Origin: a virus
Taxonomy: Duplodnaviria; Heunggongvirae; Uroviricota; Caudoviricetes
IMG/VR virus record: IMGVR_UViG_3300033068_001655
Strand: one strand, 5' to 3'
DNA: 64,000 nt
Shown here: piece by piece, positions 56,245 to 64,000 of the stretch
Numbering within the stretch: position 1 is the first letter of the stretch
How the letters are laid out: every line of letters starts with the position of its first letter
Made by a program: the position numbers and the translations under genes
The notes under the pieces: generated by a model
What the model saw: only the letters and a program-made list of their open reading frames with translations
What the model was told of the DNA's origin: nothing
Databases searched by the model: none

Positions 56245-56381
56245 ATAAATAAACTCCAGGGCTAATATACTTATTCTTTTCGGGAAGACCTAATAATCTT
56301 CTTAGTTTTTTTAAACGAAGATACTTTCGAGTTCTATCTTTTTCATATAAATTTACACCAGGTGGTGTAAATCGATTCATT

Positions 56382-56693
56382 CTATTCATTGACCTTAAAT
56401 ATGTTATTGATTTTTTTCTTTCTTGTTATGTGTTTTGTATCACCATATTGATAATCAACATAATTTAATATACCTTTAGGTGCTGACATTGGTTTAACTG
56501 ATACTAAATCTAAACCAATTGTTTGTGCAGCAATTTTCATTGCAATTGGAAACATATTAAGGTTTGATTGTGTATTTGTTTGTGATTGTTGTAGACCGGC
56601 ATATTGAGACATCCAATCTGATTTAGAACCGGTTAGTCCTATATTACCGATTATATTTTTCCATTTATCCTCGGTTTTTTTTCTTTGATCCAT
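56382..56693 (-). CDS. Hypothetical protein
   Basis: 103-aa ORF. Confidence 0.35.
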   Translation of the reverse strand: MDQRKKTEDKWKNIIGNIGLTGSKSDWMSQYAGLQQSQTNTQSNLNMFPIAMKIAAQTIGLDLVSVKPMSAPKGILNYVDYQYGDTKHITRKKKINNIFKVNE

Positions 56694-56709
56694 AAAAAAA
56701 CTTTTATTT

Positions 56710-56994
56710 TTATAGAAAAGTTTTGTATATTTGTTTGATTTCTTTTTCCAACTCTTTTTGTTGTTGTTCGTTTAGTTTTTTAAACTCTTTTTCATACCAG
56801 GAAATCAATTGATAGATAACCATTTCTTCTGCTTCACCATTACTAACAGATTTATAGTTGTCTTCATCTGACCACTCTTTAATTTCATCTGCTAACATTT
56901 CTGATACAATTTCTTCTGTAAAGTGTTCTTTAATCTTTACAATAGCATGATGTATATCTGAATTATTTTCGTTATATCTTTTTAAGTATTTCAT
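56710..56994 (-). CDS. Hypothetical protein (CTS-like N-terminus MKYLKRYNE)
   Basis: 94-aa ORF. Confidence 0.4.
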   Translation of the reverse strand: MKYLKRYNENNSDIHHAIVKIKEHFTEEIVSEMLADEIKEWSDEDNYKSVSNGEAEEMVIYQLISWYEKEFKKLNEQQQKELEKEIKQIYKTFL

Positions 56995-57947
56995 TATTTC
57001 AATTTAATCTGTATGTATAACCAAAATGAGTGTGGTTTAACACTTATAAGGACTTTTTCACCCCATTTCTTAGTGATGATCCAATTATTAAAGTTTATCT
57101 TAATGTTTGATAATTCTCCTTCATCTAATTTACCATTATCCCATTTACCAACACCATAATAAGCAAATGTTATTACTTTGTCAGTAATAGTTGGTTTCAT
57201 TTCTTTTTCAAAATAACCTGGTTTAAACTCTTTCATATCATTCTTAATCTTACCTAGCATAAGTATATCTGAATATGATAAGTTTACAATTTCCTTTTTC
57301 AAAGAAGTTGCTGATTTAGACTCAATAGTTACTAACCATCTTACTATTGAAGGAGTTAGTTTAAATTGTCCAATAGGATTTAATTTATCATATGCAATTC
57401 CATATTCAAATGTACCATCACATTTAATACCAAAATATAATGCACAATCATTTTTACCATAATCAATCATTTCAATATATCTAGTCAATGATTTGAATCT
57501 ACTAAATACTGATTTTACATCAGTTGTAGATAAGTCTGTGTAATGCCAAAGTAATAAGAAATGTGAAGGACATTTTTCACTGTTTGGTCCTTTTTCTTTT
57601 TGACCTAATGCAGTTAAAACTTTTAAGAATGAATTAAAAATAGATTTTCCAGCAACTGTAATATCAGTTGATTCGTTTATCTCTGTTGATACAATAACTT
57701 CGGCATCTTTATCTTCTATACCATTTTGAAGGTAAGTATCAATTTGTGCTTTGATGTCATCTTGTTCAGATTTTTCTAATGTATTGATTGCATTAGATAA
57801 TCTAATATCCGGTGAGACATCTTCTAAGAAACGGTTTACTATGTTTTTAACATATTCATCATCATACAAAGACTCAACCCACTCTCCAAGTGAATTGAAG
57901 TCTTGTAATTCAGATTCTTTAATAAACTCTAAATACTTTTTTATCAT
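56994..57947 (-). CDS. Hypothetical protein (MIKKYLEFIKESE N-terminus)
   Basis: 317-aa ORF; TAATATATACTC directly upstream of the ATG. Confidence 0.45.
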   Translation of the reverse strand: MIKKYLEFIKESELQDFNSLGEWVESLYDDEYVKNIVNRFLEDVSPDIRLSNAINTLEKSEQDDIKAQIDTYLQNGIEDKDAEVIVSTEINESTDITVAGKSIFNSFLKVLTALGQKEKGPNSEKCPSHFLLLWHYTDLSTTDVKSVFSRFKSLTRYIEMIDYGKNDCALYFGIKCDGTFEYGIAYDKLNPIGQFKLTPSIVRWLVTIESKSATSLKKEIVNLSYSDILMLGKIKNDMKEFKPGYFEKEMKPTITDKVITFAYYGVGKWDNGKLDEGELSNIKINFNNWIITKKWGEKVLISVKPHSFWLYIQIKLK

Positions 57948-57975
57948 AGAGTATATATTAAATTTTATTTTACTT

Positions 57976-60900
57976 TTATTTAATTTTTCTATTTACTAAT
58001 ATACCTAATCCATATGATTCCTTATAATTGTAAAATTCTAATTCAAAATTATTTGCAAGTTCTTGACAAGCTCTTTTTACCTCAGAGAAAGATTCAGTAT
58101 CATGGAAAATAGTAACTTTTGAGTGTTGTACTGCCCATTCACCACATTCATAAGTGTGTTCAAAATCGTGTACTATATCAATATGTGTTAGACCATAATA
58201 ATCAGAATTATCTTTAATAAAGTCTTTATAGTCAGATTTTATTAAATTTATATTCTTATATGATTCTAAGTAACCTTTAGTTTGTTCTAAATGTTCATCT
58301 TTTAAGGTACTATGTATATCACCAGTGAAGGTATCTACCCCAATTACATTAGTAAAATAGTTTGCTAATGCTGAAGTTGAATAACCATATTCTACACCAA
58401 ATTCTAATGCGTTAGTTGTATCAACTTCAAATCTTTCGATAATATCTTTTAAGATAGTTGGTATATTTCCCCAAGCTGAAGGATGTGGTTGTTCGGCTAA
58501 TCTAGGAAAATCTCTACAATTTGGAATAAATTCTACTTCATTGTTACTTCTATAATATGGAGTTTTTCCTGAATCTATCGTAGATATAACTTGTTTTGAC
58601 GTAATTGACTTACTACATTCAAATTGCTTATCAGTTCCTTTATTTATTGGACACCAATTCCAATCTCCTGGATCTAATTTGTGAGAGTTAAAACACCCAT
58701 TACAAACTGATTCATTGAATATTCTAATAACATTATCATCTAATGGTTCTGTTACTGGTTTACTAAATCCCGATATGATTACAGTCTTTTTGTTTAATGC
58801 CCAGGATAACCAACTGATACCAGAACTTATACCAATAAACATTTCACAGTTATATAAATAAGTCATCAAAGTATCCATAGAACTATCCGTCATATAAATA
58901 ACACCATTTGGATTCTTATTACCCATATAGCCATCTTCTTCTGAACTTACAATAACAACTTCATAACCATTTAATTTATAATGATCTACAATCTCTTGCC
59001 ATCCGGTTGGATTATTCCAATATTTTGCTTGTGCCGTTGAGTGTATTGCAATACAAATATATTTAGTATCTAATGGTGATTCGGTATTTTTAACTTTAAT
59101 AAACGGTTTTATTGAACTTTCTTTTAATCCTAAAATATCTGATGTTGTTGATTGTAAAGGAATATTTTTGAAGTCTCTAGGATTTGTAAAAAGATTTACC
59201 TTATTATTATCATAGAACCATCCTATCGAATAATTACAATAAGTATTTTGATAGGTTGTTCCTGGATTTACAAAATTTAACCTAGGGTATTTTTCAATGT
59301 CAAATAAAAAGTTTTTAAATGTACTAAGTATTACAGTACAGTTATTTTTCTCTGCAAACTCATTTACATGTGGCATCCACGCTAGTGTATCTCCTAAAGA
59401 TGATGATTCTAAACTAACTCTAACAATTTTATTATCTAGGTTAAATTTATCAATAGTTATCTCTTTGGTAGATAGATTTTCAATTTCAATTCTCCAGTTC
59501 ACAAAATATTTAATAGAGCATTTAGTCCATTGATTTGCAGATATAGCACATTCATATAATGTTTTATTCTTATCTGAGTCAATAAATTTAACAAAATAAT
59601 TATAATCTGACTCACCAAGTATTTCAACAAATGGTCCATCTAAATAATTTATTGTTATTTTATCTTCTTTCTTATTGATAAACGGTATATTATCTAGTAT
59701 ACCAGGTGTTTTAATAATAATATTGGCATTTGCGTCGTCGATAGTAAATAAATCATCATTTACATTTATTCCTTTTACTAAGTCGGATTTATTGACTTTT
59801 ATAAATTTACAATAAGTGTCTGCAATAACATTATATTGTTTATTATCTATCTTTAAGTGATATTTCTCATTGTTATTTTGTAGAAAAATGATATAATAGT
59901 TATTATCATGTTCAGAAATCATACATCCTGAACTATATACCCAACGAATATTAACTGAAACTGCATTTACAATATTATTATCTTTTATTGAATCAATATC
60001 TATTAAATGATATTTAATATTATTTTTAAGTACTGCGGAACCAATAACATTCTCTAGTATTACAGAACCCGGATATTTAAAGTAATTTTTCTTTGAATTT
60101 AGATCTTTTACAATATTATTAAAAACTGAGATATTAGTAGAGAAAAATCCAGTATTTAAAGCAAATTTATCATTATAAGTTTCCCATTTATAACTAACTA
60201 TATCATTACTATTTAATAACAGTGAGTTATTTTCTAATGTATTATCATTTATAATATAATCATAGTTTACAAAGTGAACCTTCTCAAAACCATTAAGTTC
60301 TGCTAATATGGCACCATTTTTTATTAGTTTAAGTGCGGCATAACTATGATTAAATTTGAATGGTTGTGTAATATCAAAATCTTTAAAACTCCAAAATGAA
60401 AATATTTTATCATTAGTATATTCATTTGACTCTTTAAGTGTTATTATAGGATTATCTCTGTCAATTATAATATAATCCACCAAACTAGAAATGTGTTGAG
60501 GTACATCTATATGTGATGATAAGATTACCGTATATCCGTTTCTCTTGTTTGCCAATACACACTTTTCTAGTAAATCTTGTTTATGTTCATCGTCTGCATG
60601 TGACATTACAACAACAGCATCTTTTTTATTTACTTCAAATTTTATGTTCATATCAATAATATTTTTTAAGGTTTTATAACCATCAATACCTATTTTAGTC
60701 CAATTGAACCTCTCCTTAATTATTTCAGCGTCTTTTAAAGCACATTCTTTCTTTGTTTGATAATTATCATAACAATCAATTAAAACTCTCTGTAAGTCAT
60801 TATAATCAGGTTCTGCATATAGTCCTGGTGTATCACCTGCAAAACCTAAGTCTTTACCAATATTTGCAGGTAGTTCGGTTCTAATTTCAACTGGATTACC

Positions 60901-61803
60901 TAATCCTTTTGCAAATTCCAATTGAGCACCCCAGTTAGAATATATGGTCGGTGTCCCTGCAGCCATTGCTTCTATTAGAGGAATATTCCATCCTTCACTA
61001 CGAGCACAAGTAATTAAAACATTACCTGTTTTAATATAGTTTACATACTCTTCGTATTTTGGAAAGTGAAGAACTTTTATTCTATCATCATTAAAGTTAT
61101 AGTGTTTTAATCTTTCTTCGGTAGAATTAAACCCATCAATTGAATATGGATTATCTGCACTTAGTATAAGTTCAACATTGTCATTATTAGGAAATGATTT
61201 TAAGAATGTATCAATAATCTCAGGTACTGCTTTTCTATAGTCCCATCTACCAAAAAACATAAATTTGAATTTATCATTATTAGTTTCGGTATGATGTTCA
61301 AAGAATATAGAATTTACTCCTTCATTTACAATGAAAACTTTATCTGCTGGATATCCTTGTTTAATGATCATATCTTTATGCCATTGAGTAACAACCCAAA
61401 GATAATCAAACTTTAGAAGTTGATTAAAAAAACCTTGTTCGAGTTCAGTACTTTCCCAAACCGTGTAAGCAATTTTAATGGGTGCAGTATATTCTTGGTA
61501 GAAATATAAATGATGCATATCCATAAGTACAATATCAACATCTTGTTTAAAATCTTCTTTATTTTTCCAAGGTAAATTTGGAAATGAATATGATATAGGA
61601 TAATCAGAGTATGTATTATCGGAATTACTTAATGTGATTCTATCTAAAATTGAATAATCAATTTCATCTAATTGTGGATTGGACTCCCAGGTATAATTTC
61701 GTACTCTTAGATCGACGTGTTTAGATAGTTCTCTAAAGAAGTTTCTTGCGTGTGCTGCAAATCCGGTATGACCTAGATAGCAGGTATGTGCTCTTACATT
61801 CAT
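57976..61803 (-). CDS. Multi-domain glycosyltransferase (GT4-like N-terminal domain, GT9/heptosyltransferase-like domain, C-terminal methyltransferase-like domain), 1275 aa
   Basis: GT4 motif EGWNIPLIEAMAAGTPTIYSNWGAQLEF; GT9-like motif CEMFIGISSGISWLSWALNKKTVIISGFS; C-terminal LEFGVEYGYSTSALANYFTNVIGVDTF (Rossmann/SAM-MTase-like). Confidence 0.7.
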   Translation of the reverse strand: MNVRAHTCYLGHTGFAAHARNFFRELSKHVDLRVRNYTWESNPQLDEIDYSILDRITLSNSDNTYSDYPISYSFPNLPWKNKEDFKQDVDIVLMDMHHLYFYQEYTAPIKIAYTVWESTELEQGFFNQLLKFDYLWVVTQWHKDMIIKQGYPADKVFIVNEGVNSIFFEHHTETNNDKFKFMFFGRWDYRKAVPEIIDTFLKSFPNNDNVELILSADNPYSIDGFNSTEERLKHYNFNDDRIKVLHFPKYEEYVNYIKTGNVLITCARSEGWNIPLIEAMAAGTPTIYSNWGAQLEFAKGLGNPVEIRTELPANIGKDLGFAGDTPGLYAEPDYNDLQRVLIDCYDNYQTKKECALKDAEIIKERFNWTKIGIDGYKTLKNIIDMNIKFEVNKKDAVVVMSHADDEHKQDLLEKCVLANKRNGYTVILSSHIDVPQHISSLVDYIIIDRDNPIITLKESNEYTNDKIFSFWSFKDFDITQPFKFNHSYAALKLIKNGAILAELNGFEKVHFVNYDYIINDNTLENNSLLLNSNDIVSYKWETYNDKFALNTGFFSTNISVFNNIVKDLNSKKNYFKYPGSVILENVIGSAVLKNNIKYHLIDIDSIKDNNIVNAVSVNIRWVYSSGCMISEHDNNYYIIFLQNNNEKYHLKIDNKQYNVIADTYCKFIKVNKSDLVKGINVNDDLFTIDDANANIIIKTPGILDNIPFINKKEDKITINYLDGPFVEILGESDYNYFVKFIDSDKNKTLYECAISANQWTKCSIKYFVNWRIEIENLSTKEITIDKFNLDNKIVRVSLESSSLGDTLAWMPHVNEFAEKNNCTVILSTFKNFLFDIEKYPRLNFVNPGTTYQNTYCNYSIGWFYDNNKVNLFTNPRDFKNIPLQSTTSDILGLKESSIKPFIKVKNTESPLDTKYICIAIHSTAQAKYWNNPTGWQEIVDHYKLNGYEVVIVSSEEDGYMGNKNPNGVIYMTDSSMDTLMTYLYNCEMFIGISSGISWLSWALNKKTVIISGFSKPVTEPLDDNVIRIFNESVCNGCFNSHKLDPGDWNWCPINKGTDKQFECSKSITSKQVISTIDSGKTPYYRSNNEVEFIPNCRDFPRLAEQPHPSAWGNIPTILKDIIERFEVDTTNALEFGVEYGYSTSALANYFTNVIGVDTFTGDIHSTLKDEHLEQTKGYLESYKNINLIKSDYKDFIKDNSDYYGLTHIDIVHDFEHTYECGEWAVQHSKVTIFHDTESFSEVKRACQELANNFELEFYNYKESYGLGILVNRKIK

Positions 61804-61843
61804 TAAAATATTTTATTATTTATATGTAAATAAAATATTTTGT

Positions 61844-64000
61844 TTATATTAGATAATCATATGGACGTATTAGTGGAAATTCTTCAAATAGACCATACCC
61901 TGATACGGATAAATCTGGAGCTGAAACTGCAGGACCACTAAGCTCAGTAAAAGAACCATCATATGGGTTACCACCACCAACATCATAATTATGTACATTT
62001 CTTGAAACATACCATATTGGTATGCCAGTACTAAGATTCTTTAATGGAGTTCCTTTTCTTATAATAGGATCAGGAGCTACTTCTATTGCCATATTTCCTC
62101 TAAAAATAACACAGTTATCTATCCACATACCTATTGCACCATTATCTATAACTGATAAGTGATAATCACCATCTAAACTATTATTGGTATCCGCATTTAC
62201 AAAACGACTATTTCTAAATCTAAGTTCTGTGGATATTCCATGTCCTTCTCTTTGTGTTGCATATGTATAAGTATGTGTATAGATTGCACCAAGATTATCA
62301 TCATAATTTAGTAATGTAATTTGACTATTATATATTTCTACAATAGCCCCTATACCATCTGCTTCTTTATCTTTTAGAAATCCCATTGCTATATTTGATA
62401 ATATTTCTGGTGGGGCACCCTTATCTACACTAAATTTATCATTTGTCATAAGATTACAATTTCTTAGGGTAAGTCTTGAATAAGAATCCATTAAAAATGA
62501 TGAGTATTGTGTTGTCACAGTGTTAAATGGTGAGTCAAAAATACTAACATTTTCAAAAAGCATCTCTACATTTTGATCAATATAAGCAATATATCCAGAG
62601 ATTGGACTATCATAACCGTTAACATTACCAATATTTTCTATTGAATTTGTACTATCTTCAGATGTTACCGTTACGGTGAACTTTTTGCCACTCTCTATAA
62701 GACTAGCATGTGTTTGAAAAATTGGTGAATCATATAATCCTAAATCATCTTTGTTATATGTGTATAAAATACGTACACCTGGTTTCAAATGTAATTTCCA
62801 ACTTTTCTTTGCGATCAGTGGTGAATTGATAAAATGATCATATGAACTACTTGGAAGTGTATTATAAATACCACCTACTGTTATTGCATTTGTGTTCATA
62901 CTTCCATTTTCACCTGGCCAAACTTCAATAACTCCATTTTCAAATGGACCTGATCCATTACCATCCATGTCAAGACCGTTTACCTCATAGAATGCACCAT
63001 TTATAGTTGCAAATGGTTTATTAAAGTCACCACGCATACCAGTTGAATCATCACCATTAGGATGAACAAAACAAACATTTGTATATGGAAAACTGGAACC
63101 TCCACCACCTGGAATATCTACCGTTACAGCACCAGATCCAGATGCAACAACACCAGCACCGGTAAAGTCAATTGATACAACATTTGTTGTAACTAAACTT
63201 CCTTCATCATATATTGTTATAGGACTACCTGTACCTGAAGTACCAGATGATCCAGAACTTCCAGATGAACCACTTGAACCGGATGAACCAGATGTACCTC
63301 TTGTACCAGAACTTCCGGATGAGCCACTAGAACCAGATGTTCCGCTACTACCAGATGAACCACTTGAACCGGAACTTCCAGATGAACCACTTGAACCAGC
63401 CGTTCCACTACTACCAGACGTTCCACTACTACCAGACGTTCCACTACTACCAGATGAACCACTTGAACCGGATGTACCGGAACTTCCAGATGTACCTCTT
63501 GTACCAGAAGAACCGGATGTACCAGAAGAACCGGATGTACCAGAAGAACCGGATGAACCACTTGAACCGGATGTACCAGATGAACCACTTGAACCGGATG
63601 TACCAGATGAACCACTTGAACCGGATGTACCAGATGAACCGGATGAACCACTTGAACCGGATGTACCAGATGAACCAGAAGAACCACTACTACCGGATGA
63701 TCCACTTGAGCCTGATGAACCACTAGTTCCACTAGAACCTGAGTTTCCACTAATACCAGAAGTACCCGAAGAACCTGAAGTTCCGGTACTTACACTTAAA
63801 TTATATTCTATATCATCAGAATTTATTAAAAATGGATTTGTAATAGATAATACAAAAGTACTATTTATATTAGTTGAACCAGATGTTATGTAAACTAATG
63901 TTCCGTTAATAAAGTCATCTGATGTTGATGCATCTAAAGATCTTACCCAAGTAGATGAACTAACAACATATATCCCATTTTCTGATAATGTTGATTGGTC
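61844..64000 (-). CDS. Collagen-like (Gly-Ser/Thr-Ser)n stalk fused to a C-terminal beta-helix (pectate-lyase-fold, tailspike/depolymerase-like) domain; 5' partial
   Basis: Hand translation shows the frame of the listed 61844-63037 ORF stays open upstream through 64000. Residues encoded by 63230-63790 are ~62 consecutive G-X-Y triplets (GSSGSSGTSG...). The C-terminal 397 aa show beta-solenoid periodicity. Confidence 0.7.
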   Translation of the reverse strand, partial: DQSTLSENGIYVVSSSTWVRSLDASTSDDFINGTLVYITSGSTNINSTFVLSITNPFLINSDDIEYNLSVSTGTSGSSGTSGISGNSGSSGTSGSSGSSGSSGSSGSSGSSGTSGSSGSSGSSGTSGSSGSSGTSGSSGSSGTSGSSGSSGSSGTSGSSGTSGSSGTRGTSGSSGTSGSSGSSGSSGTSGSSGTSGSSGTAGSSGSSGSSGSSGSSGSSGTSGSSGSSGSSGTRGTSGSSGSSGSSGSSGSSGTSGTGSPITIYDEGSLVTTNVVSIDFTGAGVVASGSGAVTVDIPGGGGSSFPYTNVCFVHPNGDDSTGMRGDFNKPFATINGAFYEVNGLDMDGNGSGPFENGVIEVWPGENGSMNTNAITVGGIYNTLPSSSYDHFINSPLIAKKSWKLHLKPGVRILYTYNKDDLGLYDSPIFQTHASLIESGKKFTVTVTSEDSTNSIENIGNVNGYDSPISGYIAYIDQNVEMLFENVSIFDSPFNTVTTQYSSFLMDSYSRLTLRNCNLMTNDKFSVDKGAPPEILSNIAMGFLKDKEADGIGAIVEIYNSQITLLNYDDNLGAIYTHTYTYATQREGHGISTELRFRNSRFVNADTNNSLDGDYHLSVIDNGAIGMWIDNCVIFRGNMAIEVAPDPIIRKGTPLKNLSTGIPIWYVSRNVHNYDVGGGNPYDGSFTELSGPAVSAPDLSVSGYGLFEEFPLIRPYDYLI
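63230..63790. repeat. Coding tandem repeat array (9-bp GXY units; higher-order 27-bp units gaaccacttgaaccggatgtaccagat) inside the collagen-like gene
   Basis: Near-perfect tandem repeats visible directly in the sequence. The track's ORFs 63217-63750(-) and 63337-63726(+) are wrong-frame artefacts of this array. Confidence 0.85.

Noticed and set aside
63217-63750. Track ORFs 63217-63750 (-) and 63337-63726 (+) with VHLVHPVQV and MNHLNRMYQ repeats
   Set aside because: These are out-of-frame readings of the 9-bp tandem repeat. The third minus frame is continuous with the downstream beta-helix ORF and encodes clean Gly-X-Y triplets, so that is the real gene.
63230-63790. Possible CRISPR array (regular short repeats)
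   Set aside because: Repeats are contiguous 9/27-bp units with no unique spacers and lie in an open reading frame; this is a coding tandem repeat, not CRISPR.
1-64000. Eukaryotic giant virus (Mimiviridae-like) origin
   Set aside because: Suggested by collagen-like genes, a large glycosyltransferase, NAD ligase, TyrRS, tRNAs and AT-richness. Contradicted by a bacterial sigma-70/ECF factor, SmpB, bacterial-type TyrRS with S4 domain, numerous rho-independent terminators, TAATG-coupled overlapping genes, a T4 gp46-like protein and T4-CTS-like leaders.

Overview
The window is a 64-kb, AT-rich (background ~25-30% GC) stretch of a large dsDNA virus genome. Genes are densely packed, mostly on the minus strand, with bacterial-type features throughout. 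Rho-independent terminator hairpins, a sigma-70/ECF sigma factor, bacterial-type TyrRS, SmpB, thioredoxin and an NAD-dependent DNA ligase are present. There are no Shine-Dalgarno sequences, and several starts are preceded by TAnnTTTG-like motifs. These point to a jumbo bacteriophage (possibly of a Bacteroidetes/Flavobacteriia host) rather than a eukaryotic giant virus; host and taxon are inference only.

Five groups of features stand out:
1. A ~2.9-kb tRNA island (1182-4014) with at least 16 minus-strand tRNA genes. Several anticodons recur (Lys-UUU x3, Phe-GAA x3, His-GUG x2, Trp-CCA x2) and several copies are non-canonical. The island is bounded by HNH homing-endonuclease genes and has one protein gene embedded in it.
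2. A loose 'translation' cluster (tyrS-yqeY operon, smpB, a multi-S1-domain protein, a Pol-beta-fold nucleotidyltransferase) alongside trxA, ligA, an ECF sigma and Sir2.
3. Many free-standing homing endonucleases: 3 HNH, 1 LAGLIDADG, 1 T5orf172.
4. A virion/fibre module of giant Asn-rich proteins (1068, 1364, 1803, 1741 aa). They carry ~20-aa W-x-N-G-x-F solenoid repeats and FN3/Ig-like domains. Between them sits a 554-aa protein ending in a Hint (Hedgehog/intein-like) autoprocessing domain fused after a poly-Gly linker.
5. A 1275-aa multi-domain glycosyltransferase (GT4 + GT9-like + methyltransferase-like) lying next to a 5'-partial gene for a collagen-like (Gly-Ser-Ser)n stalk fused to a beta-helix domain.

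Additional observations:
- Many unrelated proteins share a T4-CTS-like N-terminal motif (M-K-Y-L-K-L-F-E-x-F).
- A TAATATATA(G/C)T motif recurs immediately upstream of seven genes.
- A flotillin/SPFH gene and one neighbouring small ORF have markedly higher GC than the surroundings.
- The supplied ORF track translates TTG/GTG starts as M; some listed starts were moved to internal ATGs, and coordinates derived by hand may be off by about 1 nt.
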